A stretch of DNA of 64,000 bases, taken from positions 186,001-250,000 of IMG/VR virus record IMGVR_UViG_3300037882_001770; one strand, written 5' to 3'. Of this stretch, positions 20,348 through 29,620 are shown piece by piece. Both the position numbers and the translations under genes were made by a program. The stretch's first letter is position 1. Every line of letters begins with the position of its first letter. The notes under the pieces are model-generated. The model worked only from the letters and a program-made list of their open reading frames with translations, was not told the DNA's origin and ran no database searches.

Positions 20348-23300
20348 ACCAATCTTTCGATAGTGATCATATTGTTGTTGTAGTCGGTACCAACGATCAA
20401 CGATATTCTCCAAGAAATAGCATTGGCTGTGTCCATGATTACCCAGGTGTCTGTGGCTCCTGCTGTAGCAAAATTGATGTTAGCGTCTAGATACGTAGGA
20501 GTCGTAGTAATGCTCACCGGTGTTTGCCCGGTGATAGTTGTGCTACTGACACTGTTTTCAACCCGAGTGTCGCTGCCAAACACGCTGTATGTTCCTGTTA
20601 CAGTTGACAGTTGTAAGCTCACGTTACCGGTGGCTGGTATTCTGGCTTTTAGATTGTCCAAGGTGACATCAACTCCACGATTGACCAAACCGCTGGCTTT
20701 GAACTGTAGTTCACCGCCTACACCCGCAGGTGCTTTGGACAAATCGATGTACACGCCTCTAGTATTACCACCGCTTTCAAAAAATCTAAGTTTATCAACA
20801 TATTGATCAACAACAACAGTGTTACCCGACAATGTGCTGTTGGCTGCTTGAGTAAAAGAAATTTCTCCGCCTTCATTACCGCTACTGCCTGTTGGCAATG
20901 TTAGCATACCGGTGTTGTCAAACACATAAGAATAACTACCAGCAACCAATGTGACATTTGGTTGTGTGCCTATCACATTGCCAGTGATATTGATGTTGCC
21001 AACAAAGTTAGCGGCTGTAATGTTACCAGTGGCAGTGATAGAATTGCCCACTGCGATGTTTTCTACAGTGAGTCGATTCTGTGCAGGATTGTAGGTGATA
21101 TTGGCTGTGCCATCAGCAGCCTTGATGCCAAGATTGCCGGTGTTGGCCACCAGCAGGGCTGGCACATATTCTTGATTTAACAACACGCTCGACACTGTAA
21201 CAGTGTTGGCCAAGGTAGCTTCGGACACAGCACCTGTGACATTGGCACCGATGATGGAAGTCAATGTGGAACCATTACCGACGAAGTAGTTGCCGGTGAT
21301 GTTGCCAAGCACGCTGAAGGGAACGTTTTGTACCTTTACGAGCACGTTACTCACTAGAAGATTGTTGTTGCCACCGGCACCAATGTTTACAGTATTGCCA
21401 GGACTCGGTGCAAAGATATTTGTAACCGTTAGGTTTGTAGTGTCAACATTGAGTATATCTCCTGTTGTTCCTTGAATGTTACCGACAAAATTAGCGGCTG
21501 TGATGTTGCCAGAGAATGTAGCACCTGCTCCATTAATGTTGCCTGACGCTGTGATATTGCCTGTGGCGCCCACAGTCGAAATTGAGCTAAATCCTGACAG
21601 ACTCGGAGCAGGACTTGCACCTGATCCTACCAAACTACCAGTAAGAACAATATTGCCTGTGGCAATCAAGTTGCTAGCAGTGACATTGCCAATAGCACTG
21701 ATATCGCCGGGAGCAGAAAGATCTCCGCTGGTGTCAAACGTCCAGCTCTCTGTGTTGGCAGTTATGACCGCATTAGATTGTGTGAATATCAATCCAAAGT
21801 CCGGATTCAAAGAAATGTTTCCATAGTCAGCATTGATATTTCTAGCTGTTACAGCCAAGCCTTCAATGGACTGGGTTGTGGTAATGTTGCCCGGAGCAGT
21901 CAAGTTGCCAGTGGTGTCAAATGTCCAGCCTGTGTTTCCAGCATCAGTGTATACGGATACATTGGAGTTAGCATAGATCTCAGCATCACCAGTGTTGTTC
22001 AAAAACAAGCCAGTAGCATCACTGGCACCAGCACTGAATCTCACTCCAGTGTTGCCCGCGGGCAGTATTTGGCTATTGCCCGGCAATGTAAGGGTGCCAT
22101 TGTTATCAAACAACCATGACTGAGTGTTGGCAGTGATAGCAACGTTGCCGGCTGATGGTCCTACAATATCATTGGTATAGACATTGCCTGATACGTTGAG
22201 ATTGATAGGAACTGAAAGATCTCCAAACTGACTGAAAGTAAAAGTATACGTGGCAGTGCCAGTGTTGGAAGTATTGATAGTGAAGTCGTTGTCTAGGCCG
22301 CCGTATATGGATGCTTGACTTCTAGGGAAAATCAAGGTACCGGTGTTGTCAAACACCCATTCATAAGTAGGAGCACCGATGGATAATGACCCGGCACCGA
22401 TCTCCACGTTGCCGGCATCGTTGTGCAGGCGTGTGTCGGTAACGTTGGCTGTGTCATTGGTAGGCAGTTGCAAGAATGCCCAACCTTCTGGGTCAGGGCT
22501 GATGTTGATCAGTGTGTCTGTGGCCCCATTGGCTATACTTATTTCTGTACCATAGATTGCAAGGTTACCAATGTTGGCTTCGCCGGTGTTGCTGGTTACA
22601 ACAACATCATCACCGTTGACTGTGAGTATATTGCCAGCAGTTAAACTTATTGGTACATTGTTCATGTAAATGGTAGCGTTTGATATGTACAAATCGTTCC
22701 ATTGATTCGTACTATTACCCAAACTATATGTGTTTGAAGTAGCCGGAATAATGTTTCCGGCCCAACCCACTTGTCCATATGCTACTGCATTGGCATTGGC
22801 ATAGTTTGAAACCCCAGTAAGTTGACTACCATCACCAATGAAATATCCGCCTGGACTTGCTACAATATTGGCAAAACTAGTGATTTCACCAACAGCATTT
22901 ATTTCTCCACTTATTCCAATATTTCCGCCAGCAATATTTCCAGAATATGTTGGCAAATATACAGCAACATTGCTATTACCGTACATACCAGTGAGCTGAC
23001 TACCATTACCTATAAAGTATGCGGCTGTAATATTTCCCGACGCACCGACAGTTTCGGACAAGATATCACCGTGGACCTCTAGGCCATCTTCGATGTTTAC
23101 AAAAGTAGAATCATCTGAACTGATATTGTTAACTATGAGATTGTTGACTGCAATATCTGGAGTTTCTAGGCCAATGTTCATTGTCCATGTGTTTGAACTT
23201 GCACTGTACAGCATTATGGCTATGTTATCATTGGCGCCCACTGTGATACCTGACCCATTGGCCGCATTAGCGGTGCTGGCTGTGTTGGCCAGCTGTATAG

Positions 23301-23724
23301 TTTTGGCATCGGTGATCAAGTTACCAATTTGTATGGTATTACCGGTCACTGTTAGGTTGCCGCTGACACTCAGATCAGCTACACTAAATGTTCCTGCGAG
23401 ATCTAAGTTTCCAGAAATGTTAGCATATTGTATGTACAACGAACTCCAGCGTTGTGTGCCGGATCCCAAGTTACGAATATTTGATGTGTTCGGAACAATG
23501 CTGACATTTGATTGTACTACTCCAATACCGTTGGGAGCCAAGACCAAGTTTCCATTGGTGTTAGTGGTCAAGATGGTATTGTTGGCAATTTGCACGTTGC
23601 TCAATACTGGACCAGCAGCGAAAATCTGATTGAAATTCAGGTTAGTTTCGTTAAACGCGGTTCTTAAAGGGTCGCCAGTACCATCATTTGGTAGTGCGCC
23701 GATGTTGATTACATACTGTGTCAT
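20344..23724 (-). CDS. tail fibre / baseplate-attached fibre protein
   Basis: N-terminal INIGALPNDGTGDPLRTAF..TN.NF attachment motif; GN-rich repeats and W.FD.TG.L..P repeats; TAAATA promoter upstream. Confidence 0.85.
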   Translation of the reverse strand: MTQYVINIGALPNDGTGDPLRTAFNETNLNFNQIFAAGPVLSNVQIANNTILTTNTNGNLVLAPNGIGVVQSNVSIVPNTSNIRNLGSGTQRWSSLYIQYANISGNLDLAGTFSVADLSVSGNLTVTGNTIQIGNLITDAKTIQLANTASTANAANGSGITVGANDNIAIMLYSASSNTWTMNIGLETPDIAVNNLIVNNISSDDSTFVNIEDGLEVHGDILSETVGASGNITAAYFIGNGSQLTGMYGNSNVAVYLPTYSGNIAGGNIGISGEINAVGEITSFANIVASPGGYFIGDGSQLTGVSNYANANAVAYGQVGWAGNIIPATSNTYSLGNSTNQWNDLYISNATIYMNNVPISLTAGNILTVNGDDVVVTSNTGEANIGNLAIYGTEISIANGATDTLINISPDPEGWAFLQLPTNDTANVTDTRLHNDAGNVEIGAGSLSIGAPTYEWVFDNTGTLIFPRSQASIYGGLDNDFTINTSNTGTATYTFTFSQFGDLSVPINLNVSGNVYTNDIVGPSAGNVAITANTQSWLFDNNGTLTLPGNSQILPAGNTGVRFSAGASDATGLFLNNTGDAEIYANSNVSVYTDAGNTGWTFDTTGNLTAPGNITTTQSIEGLAVTARNINADYGNISLNPDFGLIFTQSNAVITANTESWTFDTSGDLSAPGDISAIGNVTASNLIATGNIVLTGSLVGSGASPAPSLSGFSSISTVGATGNITASGNINGAGATFSGNITAANFVGNIQGTTGDILNVDTTNLTVTNIFAPSPGNTVNIGAGGNNNLLVSNVLVKVQNVPFSVLGNITGNYFVGNGSTLTSIIGANVTGAVSEATLANTVTVSSVLLNQEYVPALLVANTGNLGIKAADGTANITYNPAQNRLTVENIAVGNSITATGNITAANFVGNINITGNVIGTQPNVTLVAGSYSYVFDNTGMLTLPTGSSGNEGGEISFTQAANSTLSGNTVVVDQYVDKLRFFESGGNTRGVYIDLSKAPAGVGGELQFKASGLVNRGVDVTLDNLKARIPATGNVSLQLSTVTGTYSVFGSDTRVENSVSSTTITGQTPVSITTTPTYLDANINFATAGATDTWVIMDTANAISWRISLIVGTDYNNNMITIERLV

Positions 23725-23858
23725 GGGTGGAGTTAGCCTTTTTTATTATTTATGGTTAAATGCTTAACCTAAAGGCGTTGCGCATCGTGCAACTTAGTGC
23801 TATACTAGTCCTATGCTGTTGTTAAACAGCGTTTAACAAAGAAAGGTAATTTTTACAA

Positions 23859-24122
23859 ATGAAACATTTTAATCCAGAAACCAAGACGTTTAAAGTATTT
23901 ACTGCATTGCAGTCCGGCAAAGCATTGACAGCTAGCCAAGCATCCAAGATGGGTGTTAAGAACTTGTCAGCAGAAGTAAGCCGTATCCGTTCAAACGGTT
24001 TTGCAGTTTACACCAACAGCCGCAAAGCTGGCAACGGTGTTCAAGTAACCGAATACGTGTTGGGTAAACCAAGCCGTAAATTGGTAGCCGCTGGCTATCG
24101 CGCTCTTGCATTAGGTATCTAA
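23859..24122 (+). CDS. winged helix-turn-helix DNA-binding protein
   Basis: L.SG..LTA.QA...GVKNLSAEVSRIR..G..VYTN; promoter TTGCGC-N17-TATACT. Confidence 0.7.
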   Translation: MKHFNPETKTFKVFTALQSGKALTASQASKMGVKNLSAEVSRIRSNGFAVYTNSRKAGNGVQVTEYVLGKPSRKLVAAGYRALALGI

Positions 24123-24161
24123 TACCTCAACGCTGTCCGATTCAGACCGGACACTGAGCCC

Positions 24162-24187
24162 AAACCCCGTGCAATGCGGGGTTTTTT
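24162..24187 (+). terminator. intrinsic terminator
   Basis: AAACCCCG-tgcaatg-CGGGGTTTTTT. Confidence 0.85.
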
Positions 24188-24262
24188 CTTGACTAAAATA
24201 CCGTTTGACCAATAAATCCATTTCAAGTATAATAATAGTATATTAATAAGTAAGGATGTGCC

Positions 24263-24775
24263 ATGCCAAATTGGTGTTCAAATCGTGCTACTATCGCCGG
24301 TCCTGCTCCGATAATTGCCGAAATTACAGAAATCCTAAATCGAGACGACACTCCACTACTAAACTGGATGATGCCAGAACCCAAACACAACGAAGGTTGG
24401 TATGACTGGCGTGTAAACAATTGGGGTACCAAGTGGGATATCTGTGATGTTTACTTTGAAAACCAACCCGAAGAAGATTCAATAGAATTTTCGTTTTGTA
24501 GTGCATGGGCTCCGCCCACAGAAGCATTTCGAGTATGGGCAGAATCAGATGGACGAGTTGAGTTTAAACTGGAATATTGGGAACCTGGAATTGGATTTGT
24601 AGGATCGGCCGTCTATGATGGCGACTGCTACTTTGAAGATTATGTAGACTGCAATCAAGATGAAAAAGAGTACAAGCGTATTGCCAGTGATGTTTGGGGG
24701 TATGAAGAATACGAAGAACCCGAGCCACTTACCGAGTGGTACAAAGACGGCATCAAAGAAAAAGGACTAAAGTAA
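24263..24775 (+). CDS. DUF1281/YubB ferredoxin-like domain protein
   Basis: MPNWCSN, WYDWRVNNWGTKWD, F.SAWAPP, Y.EPG..F.G; promoter TTGACC 24205 / TATAAT 24228. Confidence 0.8.
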   Translation: MPNWCSNRATIAGPAPIIAEITEILNRDDTPLLNWMMPEPKHNEGWYDWRVNNWGTKWDICDVYFENQPEEDSIEFSFCSAWAPPTEAFRVWAESDGRVEFKLEYWEPGIGFVGSAVYDGDCYFEDYVDCNQDEKEYKRIASDVWGYEEYEEPEPLTEWYKDGIKEKGLK

Positions 24776-25152
24776 TGGAACTTTCAGATATTGTTGTAAA
24801 CATTTTAATTGGTATCGGCATTGGATTTGGTATGATTGTTGCGTATGCCTGGTATCTGTATCGAGGTCTAAAGGCCCGTGTGGATCAAATGATTGCAGAA
24901 GTCATTGCCGAAGCCGAAGCCAGCATGGTTGGCCTCGACATCGAAGTTGACAATGGTGTGTATTTTTGCTATAATAGCAAAGATAAACAGTTTGTTTGTC
25001 AAGGATCCACAGTAGAAGAAATTCGCGAAGGATTCCGTCGACAATTTCCGAACAAGACAGCATACTTGGCTGGAGGAGATCCGGCAGTGATGGAACAAAT
25101 TAAAATAGAATTATTAAAGATAGCACCCAATGAAAATAGCCCTAGCGTCTGA
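24775..25152 (+). CDS. membrane-anchored hypothetical protein
   Basis: N-terminal TM helix; YFCY...KQFVCQG.T.EE. Confidence 0.7.
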   Translation: MELSDIVVNILIGIGIGFGMIVAYAWYLYRGLKARVDQMIAEVIAEAEASMVGLDIEVDNGVYFCYNSKDKQFVCQGSTVEEIREGFRRQFPNKTAYLAGGDPAVMEQIKIELLKIAPNENSPSV

Positions 25153-26053
25153 CATACATTTAGAATTTGGACCCATTGTCTTAGACAATACCCAATCGGC
25201 TGAAGTGTTGATCTTGGCTGGCGACATCTGTGTGGCACAGCATTTTGCTGATCGTAATCCCACCTATGTCAAACACCTGGCCGGTGAGTATCGAGATTTC
25301 TTTGATCATGTGACCCAGCAATTTCCGCATGTGATCTATATCTTGGGCAATCACGAACACTACTCGGGTGATGTGGCTCACAGCTACAATATTCTTAAAC
25401 ACCACTTAAATTATCCCAATCTGCACATTCTTGAAAAAGAAACCTGGGTACATCAAGGCTATACCTTCGTCGGCGGAACTCTTTGGACTGACATGGACAG
25501 TGAAAACGCTGTGGCCATGAGCTATGCACGCTCGGCCATGACCGACTTTCGCGAAATACTCAACAGCAACAGAATGGTGGTGCGTAATGTGCCCATTTAT
25601 GAACGCAACCCGCTCTGGACCGAAGACGGCAAAAATGGTGGGCAGTATGTTAAAAATGAAGACGGATCATTGATTCGTACCGGTTATAAAAGCCGTGAGG
25701 AGCCAGCTAGATGGACACCAGAAGATTCAGTTGCGGATCACAAACGGATGCTGGACTACATTGACTTGGTTACTCGTGCGCCCGGACAATATGTTGTGGT
25801 AGGTCACCACTGCCCGAGTGAGTCGAGTGTAGCTGAGTGTTATAAGGGTAATCTGCTGAATGCGGCATTTCGTAGTCGCCTGGATGACTTTATTGAGCAA
25901 CGCCCACAGATTCAACTTTGGTTGCATGGACACACCCATTTTAATTTCAATTATTGGATTGGTGAAACTCGGGTGGTGTGCAATCCCAGAGGCTATGTGG
26001 GTCATGAATCAATTGCCAACTTTTTCCAATTGCAGTATATAGATCTAGCTTGA
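25130..26053 (+). CDS. calcineurin-like metallophosphoesterase
   Basis: SDIHLE, LAGDI, GNHEHY, TLWTD, HHCP, HGHTH, CNPRGY. Confidence 0.92.
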   Translation: MKIALASDIHLEFGPIVLDNTQSAEVLILAGDICVAQHFADRNPTYVKHLAGEYRDFFDHVTQQFPHVIYILGNHEHYSGDVAHSYNILKHHLNYPNLHILEKETWVHQGYTFVGGTLWTDMDSENAVAMSYARSAMTDFREILNSNRMVVRNVPIYERNPLWTEDGKNGGQYVKNEDGSLIRTGYKSREEPARWTPEDSVADHKRMLDYIDLVTRAPGQYVVVGHHCPSESSVAECYKGNLLNAAFRSRLDDFIEQRPQIQLWLHGHTHFNFNYWIGETRVVCNPRGYVGHESIANFFQLQYIDLA

Positions 26054-26084
26054 CCTGTAATGGGCAATCCTGTATAATGTTACT

Positions 26085-26282
26085 ATGACTACAGAACAAG
26101 AATTCCGCGCCATTGCCGATCAACTGGTCACCAGCTTAGTTGGAAAGAACATGGTTGATGCCTGGTGGGCCAGCCCCAATCGGGCCTTTGATGACCGCAC
26201 ACCCGAAGCACAGTGGGCCCAAGGGTCGGATCAGGTAGTCAATTATCTAATGCATTATGCATTCGCCGGGGGAGGCAGTTAA
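26085..26282 (+). CDS. stand-alone Xre/MbcA/ParS antitoxin C-terminal-like protein
   Basis: G.....AWW.SPN.AFD..TP.......G...V..YL; own promoter TTGACC 26050 / TATAAT 26073. Confidence 0.6.
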   Translation: MTTEQEFRAIADQLVTSLVGKNMVDAWWASPNRAFDDRTPEAQWAQGSDQVVNYLMHYAFAGGGS

Positions 26283-26506
26283 TGAACGAGCGGATTCGAC
26301 AACTTGCTGAACAGGCTACCACTTACATTGAGCTAGTACCGGGACATAGTGGTGAAGGGTGGATCTTTGACAAAGAAAAGTTCGCCCAGTTGATTGTGGA
26401 AGAATGTGCTCGTGCTTGCTTGGCTGCTACTGAACCAGGTTCCTCTGTGCATCTAGTATCAGTGGCCTATGCTGACGCAGTCCGAGGACATTTTGGAGTT
26501 GAATGA
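26282..26506 (+). CDS. MNERI-family small protein, copy 1
   Basis: MNERIRQLAEQ..EKFAQLIVEECA..HFGVE. Confidence 0.8.
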   Translation: MNERIRQLAEQATTYIELVPGHSGEGWIFDKEKFAQLIVEECARACLAATEPGSSVHLVSVAYADAVRGHFGVE

Positions 26507-26931
26507 TGAGAGCAAGTAATCCAATCGAAACCTTGTCCCATTGTATGGCGCATGCTGTATATGAAGGGTTTCCTGAATTTGAGTACCAAGACCGTGATTG
26601 GTCGCAAGGTTATCAACCAGGAGTTGAACCAACATATATCACGAAGAAACGCAAACACATTGCGTATGATGTGACTGTATATGCCATGTTTCCACAAACG
26701 TGGGGTTCTACCGCATTGGGCTTTGGTGGTCTTGGTGGACAAGCAATCACTGATGCATACACTGTGGTATTAGAATCTCACCAAGGTGGAGGATATTGCG
26801 TATACTTTGGTGGTCGTTTTGCATATAGAATTAAACGACCATATGGCAAATTTTGGGATGATATTCAGACACAAAGTTTGAATGGTGTTGCTGGTGCCAA
26901 GAAAATGTATGAAAGTGCAGTTGAAGAATGA
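26503..26931 (+). CDS. conserved hypothetical phage protein
   Basis: FPQTWGSTALGFGG.GGQA.T.AYT...VYFGGRFAY. Confidence 0.8.
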   Translation: MMRASNPIETLSHCMAHAVYEGFPEFEYQDRDWSQGYQPGVEPTYITKKRKHIAYDVTVYAMFPQTWGSTALGFGGLGGQAITDAYTVVLESHQGGGYCVYFGGRFAYRIKRPYGKFWDDIQTQSLNGVAGAKKMYESAVEE

Positions 26932-27134
26932 AAAAATCTTACACTCTTGTCTCTAACTCTAAGGCAAAGAAGCCTTATGTTATTGGGCATTATGCCACGA
27001 TGAAGGATGCTGAAAACGCACTTGAACTCTATGAGCGTAAACGTGCCAACTCACTGGAACTACAGCGTAAGTATCCAGGACAGGGTATAGAAGAGTTATA
27101 CTGTGATTTGAAAATTATCGGAGTTGAAGAATGA
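26928..27134 (+). CDS. hypothetical protein
   Basis: ATGA-coupled, ends GVEE. Confidence 0.7.
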   Translation: MKKSYTLVSNSKAKKPYVIGHYATMKDAENALELYERKRANSLELQRKYPGQGIEELYCDLKIIGVEE

Positions 27135-27310
27135 ACTTTGGCTACATAATCGACCGGTTGCCCATCACCGTTGTGACTCTGATGTTGCTATCCGTTCCAT
27201 TTTTTGTTTACGATTTTTTACAAGCAGACAAAGCGTGTACTCAAGCAGGCGGGGTGTTGGTTAAATCCGCAGGCGGATGGATTTGTATTCGAGCGGAGGC
27301 AAAACAATGA
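27131..27310 (+). CDS. 59-aa membrane protein with Cys pair (not in ORF track)
   Basis: MNFGYIIDRLP-TM-...CTQAGGVLVK..GGWICI; ATGA coupling at both ends. Confidence 0.7.
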   Translation: MNFGYIIDRLPITVVTLMLLSVPFFVYDFLQADKACTQAGGVLVKSAGGWICIRAEAKQ

Positions 27311-27519
27311 ACGAGCGGATTCGACAACTTGCTGAACAATGTCGTTGGCAAGAAACTGTCACGGAAGATGGTGAAGAATGGATCCACGCACACTTTGATG
27401 AAGCCAAGTTCGCCCAGTTGATTGTTCAGGAATGTGCTGGCCTTGTAGATCATGTGCGTATGGAAGATGGAACAAACAGAGGCGATTTTATTCGCAAACA
27501 TTTTGGAGTTGAACAATGA
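27307..27519 (+). CDS. MNERI-family small protein, copy 2
   Basis: MNERIRQLAEQ..AKFAQLIVQECA..KHFGVEQ. Confidence 0.8.
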   Translation: MNERIRQLAEQCRWQETVTEDGEEWIHAHFDEAKFAQLIVQECAGLVDHVRMEDGTNRGDFIRKHFGVEQ

Positions 27520-27887
27520 GTGAATACACACCAGACCGTTGGCTTGTTATACGAATTACCACACCCACGGAACAACTTTATAAAGTGTTTGCGGCCTGGT
27601 CCGGCGGCTACACAGGATCAGATTCATGGAAGATGAATTCGGGCATTGTGCGTGCTACCTGGGCGGATCCTTACTGGGAGTTTGATGGGTCATCTGGATC
27701 AGTATATCAGTGTCACTGGGATGGGTATGGCACCAATGGCTATGGTGGAGCGGTCTTGGACAACCTGATCAGTCAGGCTCAAGCTCAAGGCATTCAGATT
27801 GAAGTCATGGATGGAGAAACTGACTGGGCACAACTACAGTATGATCCCTTGGCACAGTGGGTAGAGTCAGGAGCAAACAATGCTTAA
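27516..27887 (+). CDS. conserved hypothetical phage protein
   Basis: YTPDRW...YKVFA.W.GGY.GSDSWK.NSGI...F.GSSGSVY.C. Confidence 0.8.
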   Translation: MSEYTPDRWLVIRITTPTEQLYKVFAAWSGGYTGSDSWKMNSGIVRATWADPYWEFDGSSGSVYQCHWDGYGTNGYGGAVLDNLISQAQAQGIQIEVMDGETDWAQLQYDPLAQWVESGANNA

Positions 27888-28065
27888 ATGGTTGCGTTAT
27901 AGTGGTGCCAGTCTGGTAATAACAGTTAATCCACTACACTGGCGTTGGGTTCCACAAGCAGGACAGGTATTTACAACCGAGTGGGCCACGCCCAATGAAC
28001 AGACCTGGCAGGCAAGTTGGTTATTTTTGACTGTGAGAATTTGGATCGATGACGGGAGTTGGTAA
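27880..28065 (+). CDS. hypothetical protein
   Basis: AGGAG RBS; Trp-rich 61 aa. Confidence 0.7.
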   Translation: MLKWLRYSGASLVITVNPLHWRWVPQAGQVFTTEWATPNEQTWQASWLFLTVRIWIDDGSW

Positions 28066-28268
28066 TGGCAGAAATAGCACTGAATCGCAGACAGTTGGAA
28101 AAACTGTTTGAAATAACCCGGCACTTTCACGAGGTGGAATGGTTTACTGTGGAGACTGATGACACCAGCGGCATTGGCACCGGAATTGTGGTCAAGTTCA
28201 ACGCATTTGGCGACACGGATAAAGACACCGACACTACTGTGAACATAACTGATGTGAGTACTTGGTAA
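28065..28268 (+). CDS. hypothetical protein
   Basis: SGIG...ITDVSTW; TAATG coupling. Confidence 0.7.
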   Translation: MAEIALNRRQLEKLFEITRHFHEVEWFTVETDDTSGIGTGIVVKFNAFGDTDKDTDTTVNITDVSTW

Positions 28269-28492
28269 TGAAGATTGAATCTGCAGACGGACAAGAAGGC
28301 ATACTAATCTGGTGTGGCGGCGACCGCTATGTGTTTAGAGTCTACACTGCACCACCAGAAGAATTTGTGGATTATGACATCTGCCACACAGACATGCGTG
28401 TGGTAATTCGAGATTTTGATGCATATTTTTACACAGATGACAATGGAGCCCGTGTGGATCATAGTCCTGTTACCTTAGGGATTAATCTGTAA
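28268..28492 (+). CDS. hypothetical protein
   Basis: YVFRVY...F.DYDI.H.D...DHSP.TLG. Confidence 0.7.
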   Translation: MKIESADGQEGILIWCGGDRYVFRVYTAPPEEFVDYDICHTDMRVVIRDFDAYFYTDDNGARVDHSPVTLGINL

Positions 28493-28869
28493 TGGGCATG
28501 TTTGATCATGTTCTCTACCAAGGTCGTGAGTATCAGACCAAGGATACACCTGAGCAGATGTTGGACAATTATAAAATTGAACAGGATGCAGAATCGGGTG
28601 AGTGGCATCTGTGGCATGAAGAATACGACGCTGAATGGATTCAGGATGATGGCCAACTGTTTGGTGGCAGCATCAAGCAGAGCAATCATCGTTGGGTGCT
28701 CTGTACAGACTTTGATGGTGAAATACGTTTTTACTATTATCGTAGCCATGAGGATCAGGAAGAATACCGAGCCCTGTTTATGGACGGACGCATGTTAAAA
28801 ATACGTTTGACCAGTGAACCACTCACTGACTGGTTGGTCAAGGGCATGGAAGAACGAGGAATTAAATGA
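28492..28869 (+). CDS. hypothetical protein
   Basis: MGMFD...YQTKD...F.GEIRFY...EY.A.F.DG. Confidence 0.75.
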   Translation: MGMFDHVLYQGREYQTKDTPEQMLDNYKIEQDAESGEWHLWHEEYDAEWIQDDGQLFGGSIKQSNHRWVLCTDFDGEIRFYYYRSHEDQEEYRALFMDGRMLKIRLTSEPLTDWLVKGMEERGIK

Positions 28870-29063
28870 AACAGTGGATTGGTCGTGTGGTCAGCGAAGT
28901 GCTATTTTATCTAGGACATTGGATACATTTTCCAATGATTTGGTTTGATTGGGCTTGGATGCATCGCCCCTACAGTTATTTAATGACCTGGAGTCATGAC
29001 GTGCAAGTCTGGGCCGGAACCGACGGCCCCTGGGGTCCTGATACAACAAAGGATGTAGAATGA
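28866..29063 (+). CDS. hypothetical protein
   Basis: ATGA coupling. Confidence 0.65.
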   Translation: MKQWIGRVVSEVLFYLGHWIHFPMIWFDWAWMHRPYSYLMTWSHDVQVWAGTDGPWGPDTTKDVE

Positions 29064-29272
29064 AGTGGTTACACGTGCGACGCCAAGAAGGCGAATGGTT
29101 AAACTATGGATTAACCTTTTATCCGCTATCCGACAAGCATAGCATTGGGTTTATGTTTAGAACCGAAGAGCGATATTTTAGACTACGCTACAGCAAAAAG
29201 GTTAGGAAATGGTTTTGGCAATATGTGCGTCTAGAACCAAAAGCATGGCGTATATTGAAAGGTGAAGAATGA
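29060..29272 (+). CDS. hypothetical protein
   Basis: ATGA coupling, ends GEE. Confidence 0.65.
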   Translation: MKWLHVRRQEGEWLNYGLTFYPLSDKHSIGFMFRTEERYFRLRYSKKVRKWFWQYVRLEPKAWRILKGEE

Positions 29273-29499
29273 ACACTCGAATACAAAAACTAATGGATCG
29301 AAGCTTTACCGACGAACAGGGTGAACGATTCGATCCCGAACGATTTGCCAAATTGATTGTGCAGGAATGTGCTATTTTTGGTATGGTCATAACCGATGAT
29401 CACTTTGATGTCGATGCTTTATACAAGCATTTTGGCATGGACAACAATCCGTTACCAGGTCGGTCTACCTATCCTGGCCCACAATGTTCGCCCCCATAA
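29269..29499 (+). CDS. MNERI-family small protein, copy 3 (diverged)
   Basis: MNTRIQKL..ERFAKLIVQECA..KHFG. Confidence 0.75.
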   Translation: MNTRIQKLMDRSFTDEQGERFDPERFAKLIVQECAIFGMVITDDHFDVDALYKHFGMDNNPLPGRSTYPGPQCSPP

Positions 29500-29514
29500 T
29501 CCAAGGAAAATAAA

Positions 29515-29619
29515 ATGGAAATTACTCAACTCACTCTAGGCATTGTAACCTTCACTGTAGCTATTGTTACTCTGCTTGTTATTATTATTTTTAGCCGTTG
29601 GCCCAACCGAAAGGACTGA
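29515..29619 (+). CDS. 34-aa single-pass membrane peptide (not in ORF track)
   Basis: AAGGA RBS; MEITQLTLGIVTFTVAIVTLLVIIIFSRWPNRKD. Confidence 0.55.
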   Translation: MEITQLTLGIVTFTVAIVTLLVIIIFSRWPNRKD

Positions 29620-29620
29620 C

